Shown: one piece after another, positions 1-12,440 of the stretch | Layout: each line of letters begins with the position of its first letter | How positions within the stretch are numbered: position 1 is the first letter of the stretch | NCBI RefSeq assembly: GCF_009914755.1 | Contig: NC_060928.1 | Reading direction: 5' to 3' (one strand) | DNA length: 64,000 nt | Source: the human T2T-CHM13v2.0 reference genome, Homo sapiens | Program-made: the position numbers and the translations under genes | Notes under the pieces: model-generated | What the model saw: the letters and a program-made list of their open reading frames with translations, nothing else | What the model was told of the DNA's origin: nothing | The model's database searches: none

Positions 1-935
1 AAACGTGGAGAACTTCAATTCTGATGCATTGTAGGTGGGAATATCAAATGGTTCCATAACTCTTAACAACTGTTGGGCAGATTCTTATATAGTAAAACAC
101 AAACACACACTTACTCTGTACTCCAGCAATTATACTCCTAGGTTTTTACTTAAGAGAAATGAAAATATATGTCCACAAAAGACTCACATACAAATGTTTA
201 CAGCAGCTTTATTTTTAAGAGCCCCAATCTGAAAACAACCCAAATGTTTTTCCACAGAAGAAGAGATAAACAAATTTAAGCATATTTATACAATAAATAC
301 TACACAACAATCAAAATAAATGGAGTTCTAATAAATGAAACCACATGGATCAATCTCAAAAATATGCTGAATGAAAGAAGCTAGCCTAAAGATAAATATT
401 ATATGATTTTTAAGTAAAGAATAAGAACAGGTAAAGGTTTTCTATAGAAATCAGAATAATGATTGTGATGGTTAATACTGAGTGTCAACTCGATTGGATT
501 GAAGGATGCAAAGTATTGATAATGGGTGTGTCTGTGAGGGTGTTGCCAAAGGAGATTAACATTTGAGTCAGTGGGCTGAGAAAGGCAGACCCACCCTTAA
601 TCTGGGTGGACCCAATCAAATCAGCTGCCAGCGAGGCTAGAATATAAGCAGGCAGAAAAATCTAAAAAGAGAGACTGGCCTAGCCTCCCAGCCTACATCT
701 TTCTCCTGTGCTAAACTAAATAAATATATTCCATTAGTTCTGCCCCTCTAGAGAATCCTGATTTATACAGTGATTATCTGTGGAAGATAGAAATTGACTA
801 GAAGGAAGTAAAAGAGAACTTTCCGAGTTGACAGATATGTTGCACATCTTGAAATGTTGTTTATCCATAAGTCCAAGCTCATTGAATTGTTCACTTACTA
901 TGTATAAATTATATATAAATTGTAACTCAAAAAAG
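1..935 (+). mobile_element. Old L1M (L1MC/L1ME-type) ORF2 end and 3'UTR fragment, interrupted by MLT2 LTR
   Basis: Motifs 'ccagcaattatactcctagg', 'gaaatgaaaatatatgtccacaaaagac' and 'gaaaacaacccaaatgt' are typical of the L1M 3' end. The element resumes after 769 and ends in an A-rich tail near 930. Confidence 0.8.
464..769 (+). mobile_element. MLT2 (HERV-L) solo LTR, internally deleted
   Basis: Starts 'tgtgatggttaatactgagtgtcaactcgattggattgaaggatgc', ends '...ctagagaatcctgatttataca'. 5-bp TSD atgat (459-463) / gtgat (770-774). Confidence 0.9.
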
Positions 936-1329
936 AGAGTTGGGGGGCAGGGGAGAGGTTAGATACTAGTCTGTAAAAAAAATGCTAGGAATTCTGTCAA
1001 ACTAGATTCCCCTGGTTGGCATAAGCTATGCCATTATACAAATTTAATAATTAAGTCCTACCCCATGGATAAATCATAATTAGCACCCTTTCCCAAGTTG
1101 TTAGATACAGGTACCCCCTTTGCACAGACTGATTAACAAAAGTCATTCTCAGATGACTGCTCTAAGCTGCACTTTTACCCATTCCACTTTAGGCAGATGC
1201 TTTTGTGCAGAGCACAGTCTGTCAGATTTTTACACTACTGTCTTGGACCAAGGTCAAGGTCACAAAGCAATGAGTTCAAGTCTTATTAGAGATAATTTTA
1301 GAGTCAAGATTGACACAAATAGTATTAAT

Positions 1330-2720
1330 TAGTCTAACAATATTGTGGAGGAGGTTAGAAACTAAAGCAGACTGGAATAAGGGAGGTAAGTTGGGGACTA
1401 AACTAGGGTGCTGGCATTGGGAATGAACAAGGGGATGCATACATGTTATGAAAAGTTACCAAAATTTGCAACCTAATCCCACAGGGGACGGGGGAAGCCT
1501 GGGCTCAGCATTTGCATGTGGGGCAAGTTAAGGCTTACTCTAAGGCACTTAAGGATGGTAGCATTTCTATGCCTTTATTCCATGCTCAAGCATCATAGGG
1601 AATCTGCTTCCTTTTATCAGAATGAGCATTTCTTCTCTATATGATGTTATTTGAGAGTTGGGAAATAAAGATGAATGAATACAGCAGGTTTCTGTTTCAC
1701 AGTGTATTAATCCTCCAGTGAAGTTAACATGCAATTGTTCTTCAAATAAATGCTGTTATATAATAGAGCTTTCTAGAAAACTATCTTAGGATCACAGATA
1801 AATAGCTAGTTAACACAGCTACCAGGAGACAATCATTGACATCAATCTTAATATATTAGAGGGAATTCTTCAGTGAGTAATACATTATAGACAAAAAGAT
1901 CAATATGTATAAATATCATATATCTGCAAGTAATTATGAGAACAGGAAATGATTGAGTTGAACCATGATGTGTAGAATATACATTAGGAATAGATGGAAG
2001 AGGTTTGGGAAATGTAGATTGAAGCAAAGTTGAAGGAATAATGCCTCAAATGGCAGGTTAAATGATTAAATCTTTTTTTCTGTATATTGAATTTTTGACA
2101 ACTGCTTATCCTTGAGCTGAATTTTAGCTACAGACACTTCATTGACTTACCAAAGGTGTCCAACAATTTTTGAATTTATTGCAATTATTTAAGCATTGGA
2201 AATTATTTCAAAAAATCAGAATGCCAATCTTAATCTTGAAAAATCAGAAAGTCTAGTAACACTGTTGTCTCATAATATTTCAGCAGGAGCTGTATGATGT
2301 TCACTCTGTAAGGTAAAGTGTGCATTCCTCACTCTCTATTACATGGATCTTAACACTCATTTATGTTACTAGCCTGGCACTTATTGGCATTTGTGTCAGT
2401 TTTCCCTGCTGTACATGATAGGGTGTTAAGTCAGTTAATAAACACATTGTTCAGTAGACAGAGACATTGGAAGTAAGGTGGATTGGTGGAAATAGAGTGA
2501 GTAAAATATTATAGCTAAGATCCAACTCGGGTTTGTGACATAGCAATGAAAATGTGAACAGAATGAAGCAAATGGAGTGCAAAGACATATATGATAAAGA
2601 ATAAATAGGATATTGTGCCTGCTGTATAAAAAAGGATTGCCCAGTGAAGACTATTTCAGAGGTTTCTTGAGTATCAGAGACAACTATGACCAAGTTAAAG
2701 CTATGTTTAGATATGTCCTT
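1330..2720 (-). mobile_element. Degraded L2 LINE fragments
   Basis: L2-like purine-rich text, e.g. 'gggaaataaagatgaatgaatacagc' and 'gaagactatttcagaggtttcttgag'. Very diverged, boundaries uncertain. Confidence 0.45.
2150..2410. mobile_element. hAT-Charlie non-autonomous DNA transposon (MER102-like)
   Basis: 'cttgaaaaatcagaaagtctagtaacactg' and 'catttatgttactagcctggcacttattggcattt' resemble the MER102 consensus as I recall it. Confidence 0.55.
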
Positions 2721-3764
2721 ACATGTTCATTGGCCATTCGGCCATTAAATATAAACTATGTCTTAACAGCCCAAGAACAAAGCACTAGATGACAGAGAAG
2801 TACTTTCCAAAAAGGGGAAAATAAATATAAGTTACATCATGAAGAAGAAATAAAGGTATTACAGAAATAAAAGGTGTCAATTTCTTCACTACCAACAACC
2901 TACTTTTTGGTCACTCCGCTAGGGCACAAACATTGGAAATGATGATTTTGGAAATAGAGAAAAATATATATTGAGAATACAGTTCTGCTTTCTGACTCAT
3001 AGAGAGAAATTATTGCAAAGCCTGTCCAAGAGTGTTGGTGTTGGCTGTGCTAATAATCTCTATGTGTCATGTAAGCATAAGCATAAGATTGATTAAAGTT
3101 TTAAATAGTCTGTGTATGATGTGCAGAGGATCTGGAGTTCCAGATTGCCTTTCAGATGTCCTGAATGCCTGTGGACTTGTAAATGGCTGGGCACACTGGG
3201 GCTAAGAAAGAGACAATGTCTCTTCTTGTGAGCGTTAACACAGCACTCTAAAACCAGATGGAAATAGTTGTACCTTAGCACCTTAGCAGCTAACAATTCA
3301 GAGAGATGATCACAGATAAGACACTTGTCAAAAGATAATAGTACAAAATCCTGCACAATCAGAAAGGATGTCTCTCCCTCTCTCTCTCCTTTGCTACCAG
3401 AATACATGCTTCATATACTCACCTTCCACTTAGGGAAGGGGAGAGAAGAGGGAAGAAGAAGAAAATAATCTGTGGAGAAAAAGGAAACTGACATTTTAAA
3501 GATATTTAGCTACTTAAATAAGTCCATCTGAGGTCATAAAAGACGAAGAAAATATTAATATCTACAGTTAATTAAAAAACAACACATTCATATATTTATT
3601 TGCATTTTTCCTACAGTTACAATTACAATAGGAGATTGTGAGGGTGATATATGAGAAAAATAAGATTAGGTTTAGAAAATAAACAAGCTGTAATTTTTTT
3701 TGCGCTTTTTCATGTAAAATCTACATTTATAATCCCATAGGGCAAATGGGTTGATATTAACGCT

Positions 3765-4005
3765 GCATATTTACTGAATGCTTCCTATGTCCTGGAAACT
3801 GCCTAAGTGCATTATATTAATTAATTTACTCCTCATAGGGGAAAGAAATTCACAAGCTTTGAAGTCGATCTTGTCATTATCACTGTTTGTGGATAACAAA
3901 CTTGAAGCAAAAAGGAAATAAGTAACTTGTCCACACACAGATAGTTATTGAGTGGCAAAACAGCAAAGCTAAGGTTTGAATTTGAACAGCTTGAGTGCCT
4001 ACTTT
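3765..4005 (-). mobile_element. MIR SINE
   Basis: 'catatttactgaatgcttcctatgtcctgg...aagtaacttgtccaca...gagtggcaaa...ggtttgaattt' matches the MIR core in antisense. Confidence 0.75.
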
Positions 4006-4879
4006 CCTGTTCAGTCTGTTACTTCATTCCTCTAGACAGTGAACATAATAGGAGTATCATGTTATAAGGCACAAAAAGTAAATCTGGTTTTAACTTCTTG
4101 GGTTTTAATTAATTCCTTTATGTACAAATGGGAATGTGGAATATGGATTTCCAAAATGTTTCACTCATTAGAATACAAATGTGGCTGCAGCAATGAAGAA
4201 AAATATAGGCAGGCAAAAGAGTTTCTCTTCCTTGACCTGTGTAGGATGGCAATCCTATGTTAGGGGTATCAGATTGAGCAAAAAGGTGTTCATGAATACT
4301 GAATGACAACATTGGTGTTAAGCAGCAATATTTTTATACTTTTGGAACTTAGATAAATGAATGGTGTCCCCTTAAACACACATTAATGAACAGTATAATT
4401 TCACAAGACGACATTTATTTAACCATGAAAAAATATGGTATAGTTTACAGTAATACATATTGTTTTCTATTCCAATAAAATAATTAAAAATCAGAATTAT
4501 ACAATGTTAGTATTAGAATAGATTTTAAAGACCACCTAGTCCAATTTTATCATTCATTTTAAGTGTAGGCCTTAGAAATGCAAAATATAAACCTATTTTA
4601 GAATCCTCAGAGGGAATTTCGCCAAGTAATTAAAAACTAAACAAGGAACTACAAAGACATCCAAATGAAACAAGGAAAATTAGAGATTTACAGTGTATGC
4701 AGGAAGAGAATAATTTGTTTTTCAGGAATATAAGATGAGAAGGCAAGATTTATTGCCTTATCCTTTAAGGCAGAATAATGACCTGAAAAACTTACCAGTT
4801 AACAAGCATTCTTAATTCACGCAAGACAGAATAAGCTCAGAAATCCAAGACAGAAATTCAGAGTGCATAAGTCTGAAAA

Positions 4880-4908
<29 letters not shown>
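4880..4908. repeat. (TG)14 microsatellite
   Basis: Directly visible. Confidence 0.98.
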
Positions 4909-4910
<2 letters not shown>

Positions 4911-6039
4911 CTTTGTTTTTGAAAAGTTGAAAAGACATAAATAGCCATTCAAGACTTACAATAATAGAGACCAGAATCTTTCTTGTGAACTACAGTAAAA
5001 ATACTTGGAAGAGAACTTTACGAAAAAGTGACCGAAAATTACACTAATTTATTTATTTTTTACTCTAATGTTCACTGTAATTCAAAATCATTCTACTTTG
5101 TGAACAGCTAATTTCAGTTAAGTCCCAGTTTTTGTGTTTGCAGATAGACATGTGTGGTTGGAAAAAGAGGAGACAGAAGGATGAGAAGATGACAGAGGAG
5201 CTTCCTCCCTAACCACATCAACCCCGCCTTAAATCATTATAGTCTCAAGTTTATCTAATTTTCTGATTTTTGTATAATACTTAATTCACACAAAGCTTTC
5301 ATAAACTTAAAAATTAAGAAAAAATATTACTATCTAATTTTTACAACTGTCCTCCCCTACTTTTTTTAATAACAAAATCTGTCTTACATTTCAAGTAACA
5401 GCATCTTGAAAAAAAGATAACCCCCCACCGCACACCATCACCACAAACACACACCATATTTTTTACCACTCAGGGACATCTGAAGATCTCTGATTTCTTG
5501 TTTTTGGAAATACAAAAATATATTTTTCCTTGTATTTATCATTCTTTGCCCTTCAAACTAATATTAGCTTTCAGTTTGAAAAGTCTTTTAAAAAGTACGA
5601 TGATTTTTTTTTCTTTTCATAGCAATCTGTGGTTAGGTAATTACTTCTACAAAAATAATATGAGAAATTTAATTTCATGTGCAGTTTGGCCCATTATTAA
5701 GTGGGAATATCATTATTAAATATTATTAAACCAAACCCATTTATTTCCTCAAATCATATGTAATATAATCAGATTTATATCTGATTTAATATTCTAGTAT
5801 AAAATAAAATATTAAACATAAATATATAATCTATGTAACACCATAAATACACGATAGAAATTTATGGTCAGAGAAGGATAAGAGGTTTTTATCAATATCA
5901 TTTTCTGTAACATTTATTTATATTACTATATTTATATATAATATAAATAGTGGTAGAAAATTATATTTACATAAAATCTATAAATATATATTCTATATAA
6001 AATATAGAATATGTAATAGTATAATCATAATAGTAATGT

Positions 6040-6175
6040 ATCTTAAAGTGTTGGATATCCCAATTACCCTGATTTGATCATTACACAGTGCATGTGTCTA
6101 TCAAAATAGCACATGTACTCCATAAATATGTACAACTGTTGTCTATCCATAATAATTAAAAATTTTTTTAAAGAA
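6040..6175 (+). mobile_element. L1MA 3' terminal fragment
   Basis: 'ggatatcccaattaccctgatttgatcattacaca...tatcaaaatagcacatgtactccataaatatgtacaa' is the L1MA 3' end. Confidence 0.85.
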
Positions 6176-6189
6176 ATAAGCAAATTTTG

Positions 6190-6340
6190 TCTGCTTATTT
6201 CATGCCAGGCTTTATGCCTTAGAGCTTTAAATACACTGTTTTGAAAAAATACTTATAATATCACCATAAGGTAGGTTTTACTTATTTCTCTTCTACCTGT
6301 CAACTAAGACAGAAAATTTAAGAAATTCACTCAGCTAGTT
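6190..6340 (-). mobile_element. MIR fragment
   Basis: 'tgccaggctttatgcc...gctttaaatacac...ccataaggtaggtt', diverged MIR. Confidence 0.5.
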
Positions 6341-8587
6341 GCCTTGTCTCCTACTATCCTACAAAACTTGCTAAGATAATGGTTGTCTCAGTCTCTTCAC
6401 ATCACCTCAACAGATTTTTAAAGAACCCAGAATTTTCAGAGTGAGACAGTAATCTCACTGCACAAATTCACATTCTCAGAGTGAAACAGTAATTAAGATT
6501 CTTATTTTAATTAGAAAATAGCCAATGTCTATTACAATACTGTAATATGTATCTAAATATCACCACTACATCTATTATCATTTTGTGAAAGTTATAGCCT
6601 CCGAGTTTCAGAAATGGACATTACTATAATAGCTCATGAATAGGAAATGTTTGGAAAGTGAAAGAGTTGTGAACAACAATGAAAAGAGGGGTGTAGACTA
6701 TATGTAATGTTCTATTTGTACATGAAATATTTTTAGCTAAAGGAGCTAATTAATTGAGTAATAGTAAAATGAAACAGCTTTTTACAAGCAAGTTTTAAAA
6801 CCAATAGTAAATGACAACAATTACATTCTTGATAAACAAAGATGTTATTTACAAAACCTCATTTTTATGCCACCTGCAGTATTCAATTCAATGCATAAAA
6901 ATGTGAAAATATATAATGCTAATTAATTATGTTCGTATAGATCTAATATGTAATTCACATAAATATATTCTAAACAATGGTATCTGTTATAGAAAGCTGC
7001 ATATGTCTTCCAGGCTTTTAAAAATAGGATTTAAAAGTTTATGTTATAGTTTCTCGATTTTCTAACAGAAAAGTTTTCATTATTACTAAGAGACTTGTAA
7101 AGTAAAGCATGTTTACAAGACATGAAGGAAACAAATTTCGATAATTATTGCCTAGAGCAAAGAATCCTGTAATCTATTGGAATGGAAGAATAACACTGAA
7201 CAACTACTCTCTGTAGTACAAATTTTTTCTAAAATAAAATATGTATTAAAGTAATATTGACAAAAAAGCTCTTGTCCTTCTATGACATCTTATTCTGGAG
7301 TTAATGTTGTATTGTTCCTACAGTTGCTAAATGTGGTACAGTAAATGACAGTTAGAGAAGGTTAATTTTGCTATTTCATACTTTTTCCTCCACTTTCTCA
7401 AACCTTTCTTTTTTCTTATTGATAGAATCATCATTCATTACAGAAACTTCCACAGAAATAACTAAAATTATAAATATAAACAGGATGACATTCAGATTAG
7501 CCTACATCTTCAGGCAAAGAAAATTTAACAACAGTCTATTTTAGGGATTTTCCAGAAAAAGGAAATGGACTGACAGATAGAAAATGATTACCATAACATG
7601 TAGATAGATTTACTGATGAATAACTAGATATAGCAACCAGTGAATCAACAGCAGGTGTAATCAACACCCCACTCTTAACTCTGGAATATACCCTCCGCTC
7701 ATTGTATTGAAGAGAGAAGATAATGATTGCAGTGAAAAGACCCATTTGGGAAGGAAAAAATCAAATGGGAAGCAACACAGTGATCACTGTCATGACTTTC
7801 AAGACATTTTCTTTCATATTTTGTAAATCTGCCGTCTGAGAATTTTTCTGTTATTCACTTTACTTCAGGAACTGATATGAGCCGGTAACAGAAAGATGAC
7901 TCTTCAAATTCCTACCCGTTTTTCAGTGTACTTTTTAATCCGTATGGCTAGAGATTGCTTGAATGATTTTTAAGATTTTCAAATTATGGAGAACTGCTGA
8001 CAAGGCCTGGGTCTCCTTTTCTTCGACTAAAATTTAACACACGCAGCATTTTACTGAAAGGCACAATAAGTAGACAATACGATATATCTTGATTTTATCT
8101 TTCATGTCTGCTGTGGATGCCACCTTGGTAGACAGACAGTTTGATTCTCAAGTCATTTAGTTCAAACTTTAACCAGCTGTGTTTCACCAGCTCCCCGGAC
8201 CACTCTCACACACATCTGTCACTTAGCTAATTCCACAGATTGGGGCCTCTCACAAAATAATGACAATTTGTTTCAGTTGGTTCCAAGAGTCAAAGGACTC
8301 TTATACCGCAAAGCCAACACCATTCTTAGGGTGAAACAATGGAAAGATTTCCATTAAGGACAGTGAAATAAAAACTTGTGTTTTAGGATGAATTCCTTCA
8401 GAAGTAATGCCTGAGACATGAGTTTAGGTGCAAGTAGTTTATTTGGAAGATAATCCTGGAAAGCATTGATAGTGCAGAATGGAAATACACCTGCAAAGAA
8501 AAGGGAGCTAATAGAGGGTGAGGAAATGAGCAAGTTTACCCAATGGAACCAACAGGAGATATTTGTAAGCCTCAGAAGTTGTCCTAC

Positions 8588-9029
8588 TGTTGGGAGCCGA
8601 AAAGGCCAAAGGGGTCATGACCAACTCAGCATTCCACTGGCGGCTATATGATCAAACAGCAAACTGTTTATCATGAATGCAGGATGTGGACAAACTCATG
8701 CTGTGCCTGCCACCAGAAGATTTGCTGAGGGTGGTCAGTCCCTGGCGCCGGGCTCCTTGAGGTTATCTACTGAGACATCTAGAGCCTATTGTTAGAGGAA
8801 TGCAGTCTTGCAAGCCTACTCTGGACCCAGCAGCTGATTTCTTCTTCCACTCCCTCTTCTAGCTATCTCTTTTACCAATAAATACAAAGGGCTGTGGAAA
8901 GTCTGGGCCCTTGTCCACTAGAGGCAAGGTGCCCCCGACCCCTTCTTCCAAACATACTCTTTTGTCTTTGTCTTTATTCCCATGTTCACCCCCCTTTGTT
9001 CAGTCCACCAGGGATCGAGGATGGTAACA
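8588..9029 (+). mobile_element. LTR3 (HERV-K HML-6) LTR
   Basis: TG...CA termini; 'gaccaactcagcattccactggcggctatatgatcaaacagcaaactgttt' is typical of LTR3; AATAAA near 8877; followed by a tRNA-Lys PBS. Confidence 0.85.
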
Positions 9030-9031
9030 AG

Positions 9032-9051
9032 TGGCATCCCAGAACAGGGAC
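9032..9051 (+). other. Retroviral primer-binding site (tRNA-Lys type)
   Basis: 'tggcatcccagaacagggac' versus canonical Lys PBS TGGCGCCCGAACAGGGAC, 2 nt downstream of the LTR end. Confidence 0.8.
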
Positions 9052-9085
9052 TCCAAGGTTGTCAACATCCTACAAAAGGGGCAAG

Positions 9086-9545
9086 TGTATTAGTTTCTTA
9101 TTGCTGCCATAATGTGTTACCATGAATTTAGTGATTAAAGAAGACACAAATGTACTCTTTTACTTTTCTGGAGGTTGCATGTCCAAAATGGGTTTCAATG
9201 GACAACAATCAAGATATTGTATTCCCAATTAGGGATGCTATGGGGGATAATTGATTCCTTACCTTTTCCAGTTTCTGAGGCTGCCCCCATATCTTTGTTT
9301 TCTCCCCCTTCTACCCTCAAAGGCAACAAGGAATGGTTTGTTTATATCTAATCACTCTGACACTCACCCTTCTGCCACCTTCCTTAAAGTACTTTTGTGA
9401 TTACCTTGGCCTACTTGGATAATCCAGAATAATCTCCTTAAGGTCAGCTAATTAGCAAACTTAATTTGATGCCCTGAGTTTCTCCCTGCCATGTACTTAA
9501 CACATTCACAGTTTCCTGGGATTAGAATTTGGACATCCTTGGGCT
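9086..9545 (-). mobile_element. MLT1D (MaLR) LTR
   Basis: 'tgtattagtttcttattgctgccataa...ggataatccagaataatctc...aaggtcagctaattagcaaactt...gggattagaatttggacatc'. Confidence 0.85.
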
Positions 9546-9824
9546 GTTGGTAGTTAATTATTTGGGGACTTCTCTTAAATATAATGACTCATTGGCAATT
9601 TTATATTGGCCCATCTGTATCTAAATATACCCTGTAGCAAGATGAATATTTTGTGTAAAGTCTCAGATGCCTGCATTAAAAAGGAAAGGCAAGAAAGAGA
9701 CTATTTAGTTCTGATACTGTCCTTTATGTTCCATTCTTTGCATATCTCAGATCCCCTTGTGCCCCCACAATATGTTTATTCTATTCTATCACTGATCTGT
9801 CAGTATCCAGTAATAATTTATCAG

Positions 9825-11280
9825 CAATCCTACCACAAAAAGAACAAAGCCCAAGGCATCACATTACCTGATGTCAAACTATACTACAAAGCTACAGTAA
9901 CCAAAACAGCATGGTACTGGTACAAAAATAGACATATAGACCAATGGAACAGAATAGAGAACCCAGAAATAAAGCTCCACACTTAAAGCCATCTAAACTT
10001 CAACAAAATCAACAAAATAAGCAATGAAGAAGGGACTTCTTATTCCATAAATTGTTCTGGGATATCTGGCTAATCATATGCAGAAGAATAAAACCGAAAC
10101 TTTACTGTTTACAAAGTACAGATAACTCAAGATGAATTAAAGATTTAAATTTAAGACCTCAAACCATAAAAATCATAGAAGAAAACCTGGGAAACAGCAT
10201 TCTGGACATCAGTCTTAGAAAGAATTTATGCCTATGGTCTCAAAAGCAATTGTAACAAAACCAAAAACTGACAAGTAGGACATAATTAAACTAACGAGCT
10301 TCTCCACAGGAAAATAAACTATCAAGAGAGTAAACAGATGACCTACAGAATGGGAGAAAATATTTACAAACTATGCATCCAAAAAAGGTTTAATATGCAG
10401 AATCTATAAGGAACATAAACAATTAAACAAGTAAAAAATATTAAAAATGGGCAAAAAACATGAACAGACACTTCTCAAAAAAAGACATGCAAGCAGCCAG
10501 CAAACATGAAAAAAAGCTCAACATCACTAATTACAGAGAGAGGCAAATCAAAATCACAATGAGATATCATCTCATATCAGTCGGAATGGCTATTGTTTAA
10601 AAGTCAAAAAACAATGGATGCTGGCAAGGCTGCAGAGAAAAGAGAACACTTAGACATTTTTGGTGAGAAGGCCAATTAGTTCAGTCCAAAGCAGTTGGAG
10701 ATATCTCAAAGAACCTAAAACAGAAGTACCAACTGACCTAGAAATCCTATTCTTGGGTATATATCCAAAAGAAAATAAATCATTCTACCGAAAAGACATA
10801 TGCACCTACATGTTCATTGCAGCACTATTCACAGTAGCAAAGACATGGAATCAATCTAATTGCCCATCAAAGATGAATTAGATAAAGAAAATGTGGTACA
10901 TATACACCATAGAGCACTATGCAGCCATAAGAAATAACAAAATCATGCCCTTTGCAGCAACATGGATGCAGCTGGAGGCCATTATTCTAAGTGAATTGAT
11001 GCAGGAACAGAAAGCTAAATACTGCAAATTCTCACTTATAAATGGAAGCTAAATATTGTGTACTTGTGAACATAAAGATGGCAATAATAGGCACTGGAGA
11101 CTACTGGGGTTGAGGAAAGGAGGGGCCAACGGTTGAATACAAATTGTTGGACACTATGCTCAGGGCCTGGGTGCTGGGATCATTCATACCCCAAATCTCA
11201 GCATCATGCAATATACCCAGGTAACAAACATGCACCATTACATTCTGAATCTAAAATAAAAGTTGAAAAAGAAAAAAGAA
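9825..11280 (+). mobile_element. 5'-truncated L1PA16-like LINE (ORF2 C-terminus + 3'UTR)
   Basis: ORF remnants '[39 protein letters not shown]' and 'MFIAALFTVAKTWNQ'. 3'UTR 'gggatcattcataccccaaatctcagcatcatgcaatatacccaggtaac...tctaaaataaaagttgaaaaag'. Confidence 0.9.
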
Positions 11281-11329
11281 GACTTACAAAAGAAGAATTA
11301 GAGATAAAAGGTACAGCTATAGACACCAT

Positions 11330-12221
11330 TGATCTAGTTGTTTCCAAAAACCAGCATTTATAAACATCCTCCCTTCTCTACAACACATTTTAGATTTCCA
11401 GTCACACCACTACTTTTTCTAGTATAGATTGGTCTTCTCATGTAAGTAACCCAAAATTCTATCCCTGAGGAATTTGGCCTGTGGCTATTGTTTGCTTGTC
11501 AGGATGTGGCTGCTGCATTTGCCTGTTAATGATTATTCTTGAACACAAAACACCAGGAGGCATGTACTTAGCGAATGCCCTGAATTTTAGAGTTAACTCT
11601 TCTGCTCCCATTATGAGCTCATTACCTATTTCCTTATGAAACTCACATTTGGTTTTTACCTGCCTTTACAGTGACAGGTTTCAATCCTTGCTGGTCCACA
11701 AGCATAAAAACTGCAAAATGATCAGGTGGTAATCCTAGCTTTAGATTTGGTGGAAACTTTACTGCTAACAAATGGTGCACCAAGGTGAAGGATGTAGAGT
11801 GCTCTTGTTTATTTCTGGGTTCGGGCAATAAGAGAGTGCATTGTATAGAATTAAAAAACAATAATAAACTATTTACATTTACTACTTTTATTATCAAAAT
11901 GTACCAGCATTTCTAAGCAATATCAGTAATAAAATACTCCTTTCTTTTGGAATGAAAGCTTCTACCACTCTCCCCCAACCTTCTACCCCATCCTTCTGCA
12001 ACAACTGCTGTTGCAGGGTTGAAGTTTCTGTACCCCAGCTCCTAATCCCCGCTCCAAGATCCAGAACATATAATTCAATAAACTTGATTCTAGTACAAAT
12101 TGTCTAAGTGGGTTATTGAGATTAATGTTTAATAGAGCCACACCAAATTCTACCTTTTTTTTTTTTTTCTGGACAAGTATATTTTAGTTGGTGGAGTCAT
12201 AGCACCATATACTAGACATTG

Positions 12222-12279
<58 letters not shown>

Positions 12280-12430
12280 TATACACATATATATACACAC
12301 ACATATATACCTTCTGAATCATGCAAAGTGTCATCCCCAAGCTTGTGCATCAAGCTCGCCCCTTTAAGTGTCCATTAGAATGTTTTTCAGGCTTTCATCT
12401 TCCAGATGAAGCAAATTATAGTCTACTTAA
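11330..12430 (-). mobile_element. ERV-L internal remnant: integrase C-terminal part and dUTPase
   Basis: Minus-strand peptides 'NLKLGLPPDHFAVFMLVDQQGLKPVTVKAG' (ERV-L dUTPase-like, cf. LPPGHFGLLMPL.QQAKKGVTVLAG), 'VYGAMTP', 'KVEFGVALLNINLNNPLRQFVL' and 'KLGDDTL'. Many stops and frameshifts. Confidence 0.8.
12222..12310. repeat. Compound (CT)n(TA)n(CA/TA)n microsatellite
   Basis: Directly visible. Confidence 0.95.
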
Positions 12431-12440
12431 ATGAAAAAAT

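Larger units (their letters stand above)
8378..9820 (-). mobile_element. LTR33-like ERV-L LTR (3' LTR of the fragmented provirus), split by LTR3 and MLT1D
   Basis: 'tgtgttttaggatgaattccttcagaag...cctgagacatgagtttaggtgcaagtagtttatttggaagataatcctggaaagca' resembles antisense LTR33. It continues 'tcctacaaaaggggcaag' after LTR3. Right boundary uncertain. Confidence 0.65.

Noticed and set aside
6434-6492. Direct repeat tcagagtga(g/a)acagtaat, 41 bp apart
   Set aside because: Two copies of 18 bp only. A minor local duplication with no further structure.
11980-12040. Plus-strand 'PSATTAVAGLKFLYP' resembling ERV-L 'PATLGSAGLEVLVP' (a second micro-inversion?)
   Set aside because: A minus-strand candidate for the same segment lies at ~11940-11975. 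The similarity is too weak to call without an alignment.
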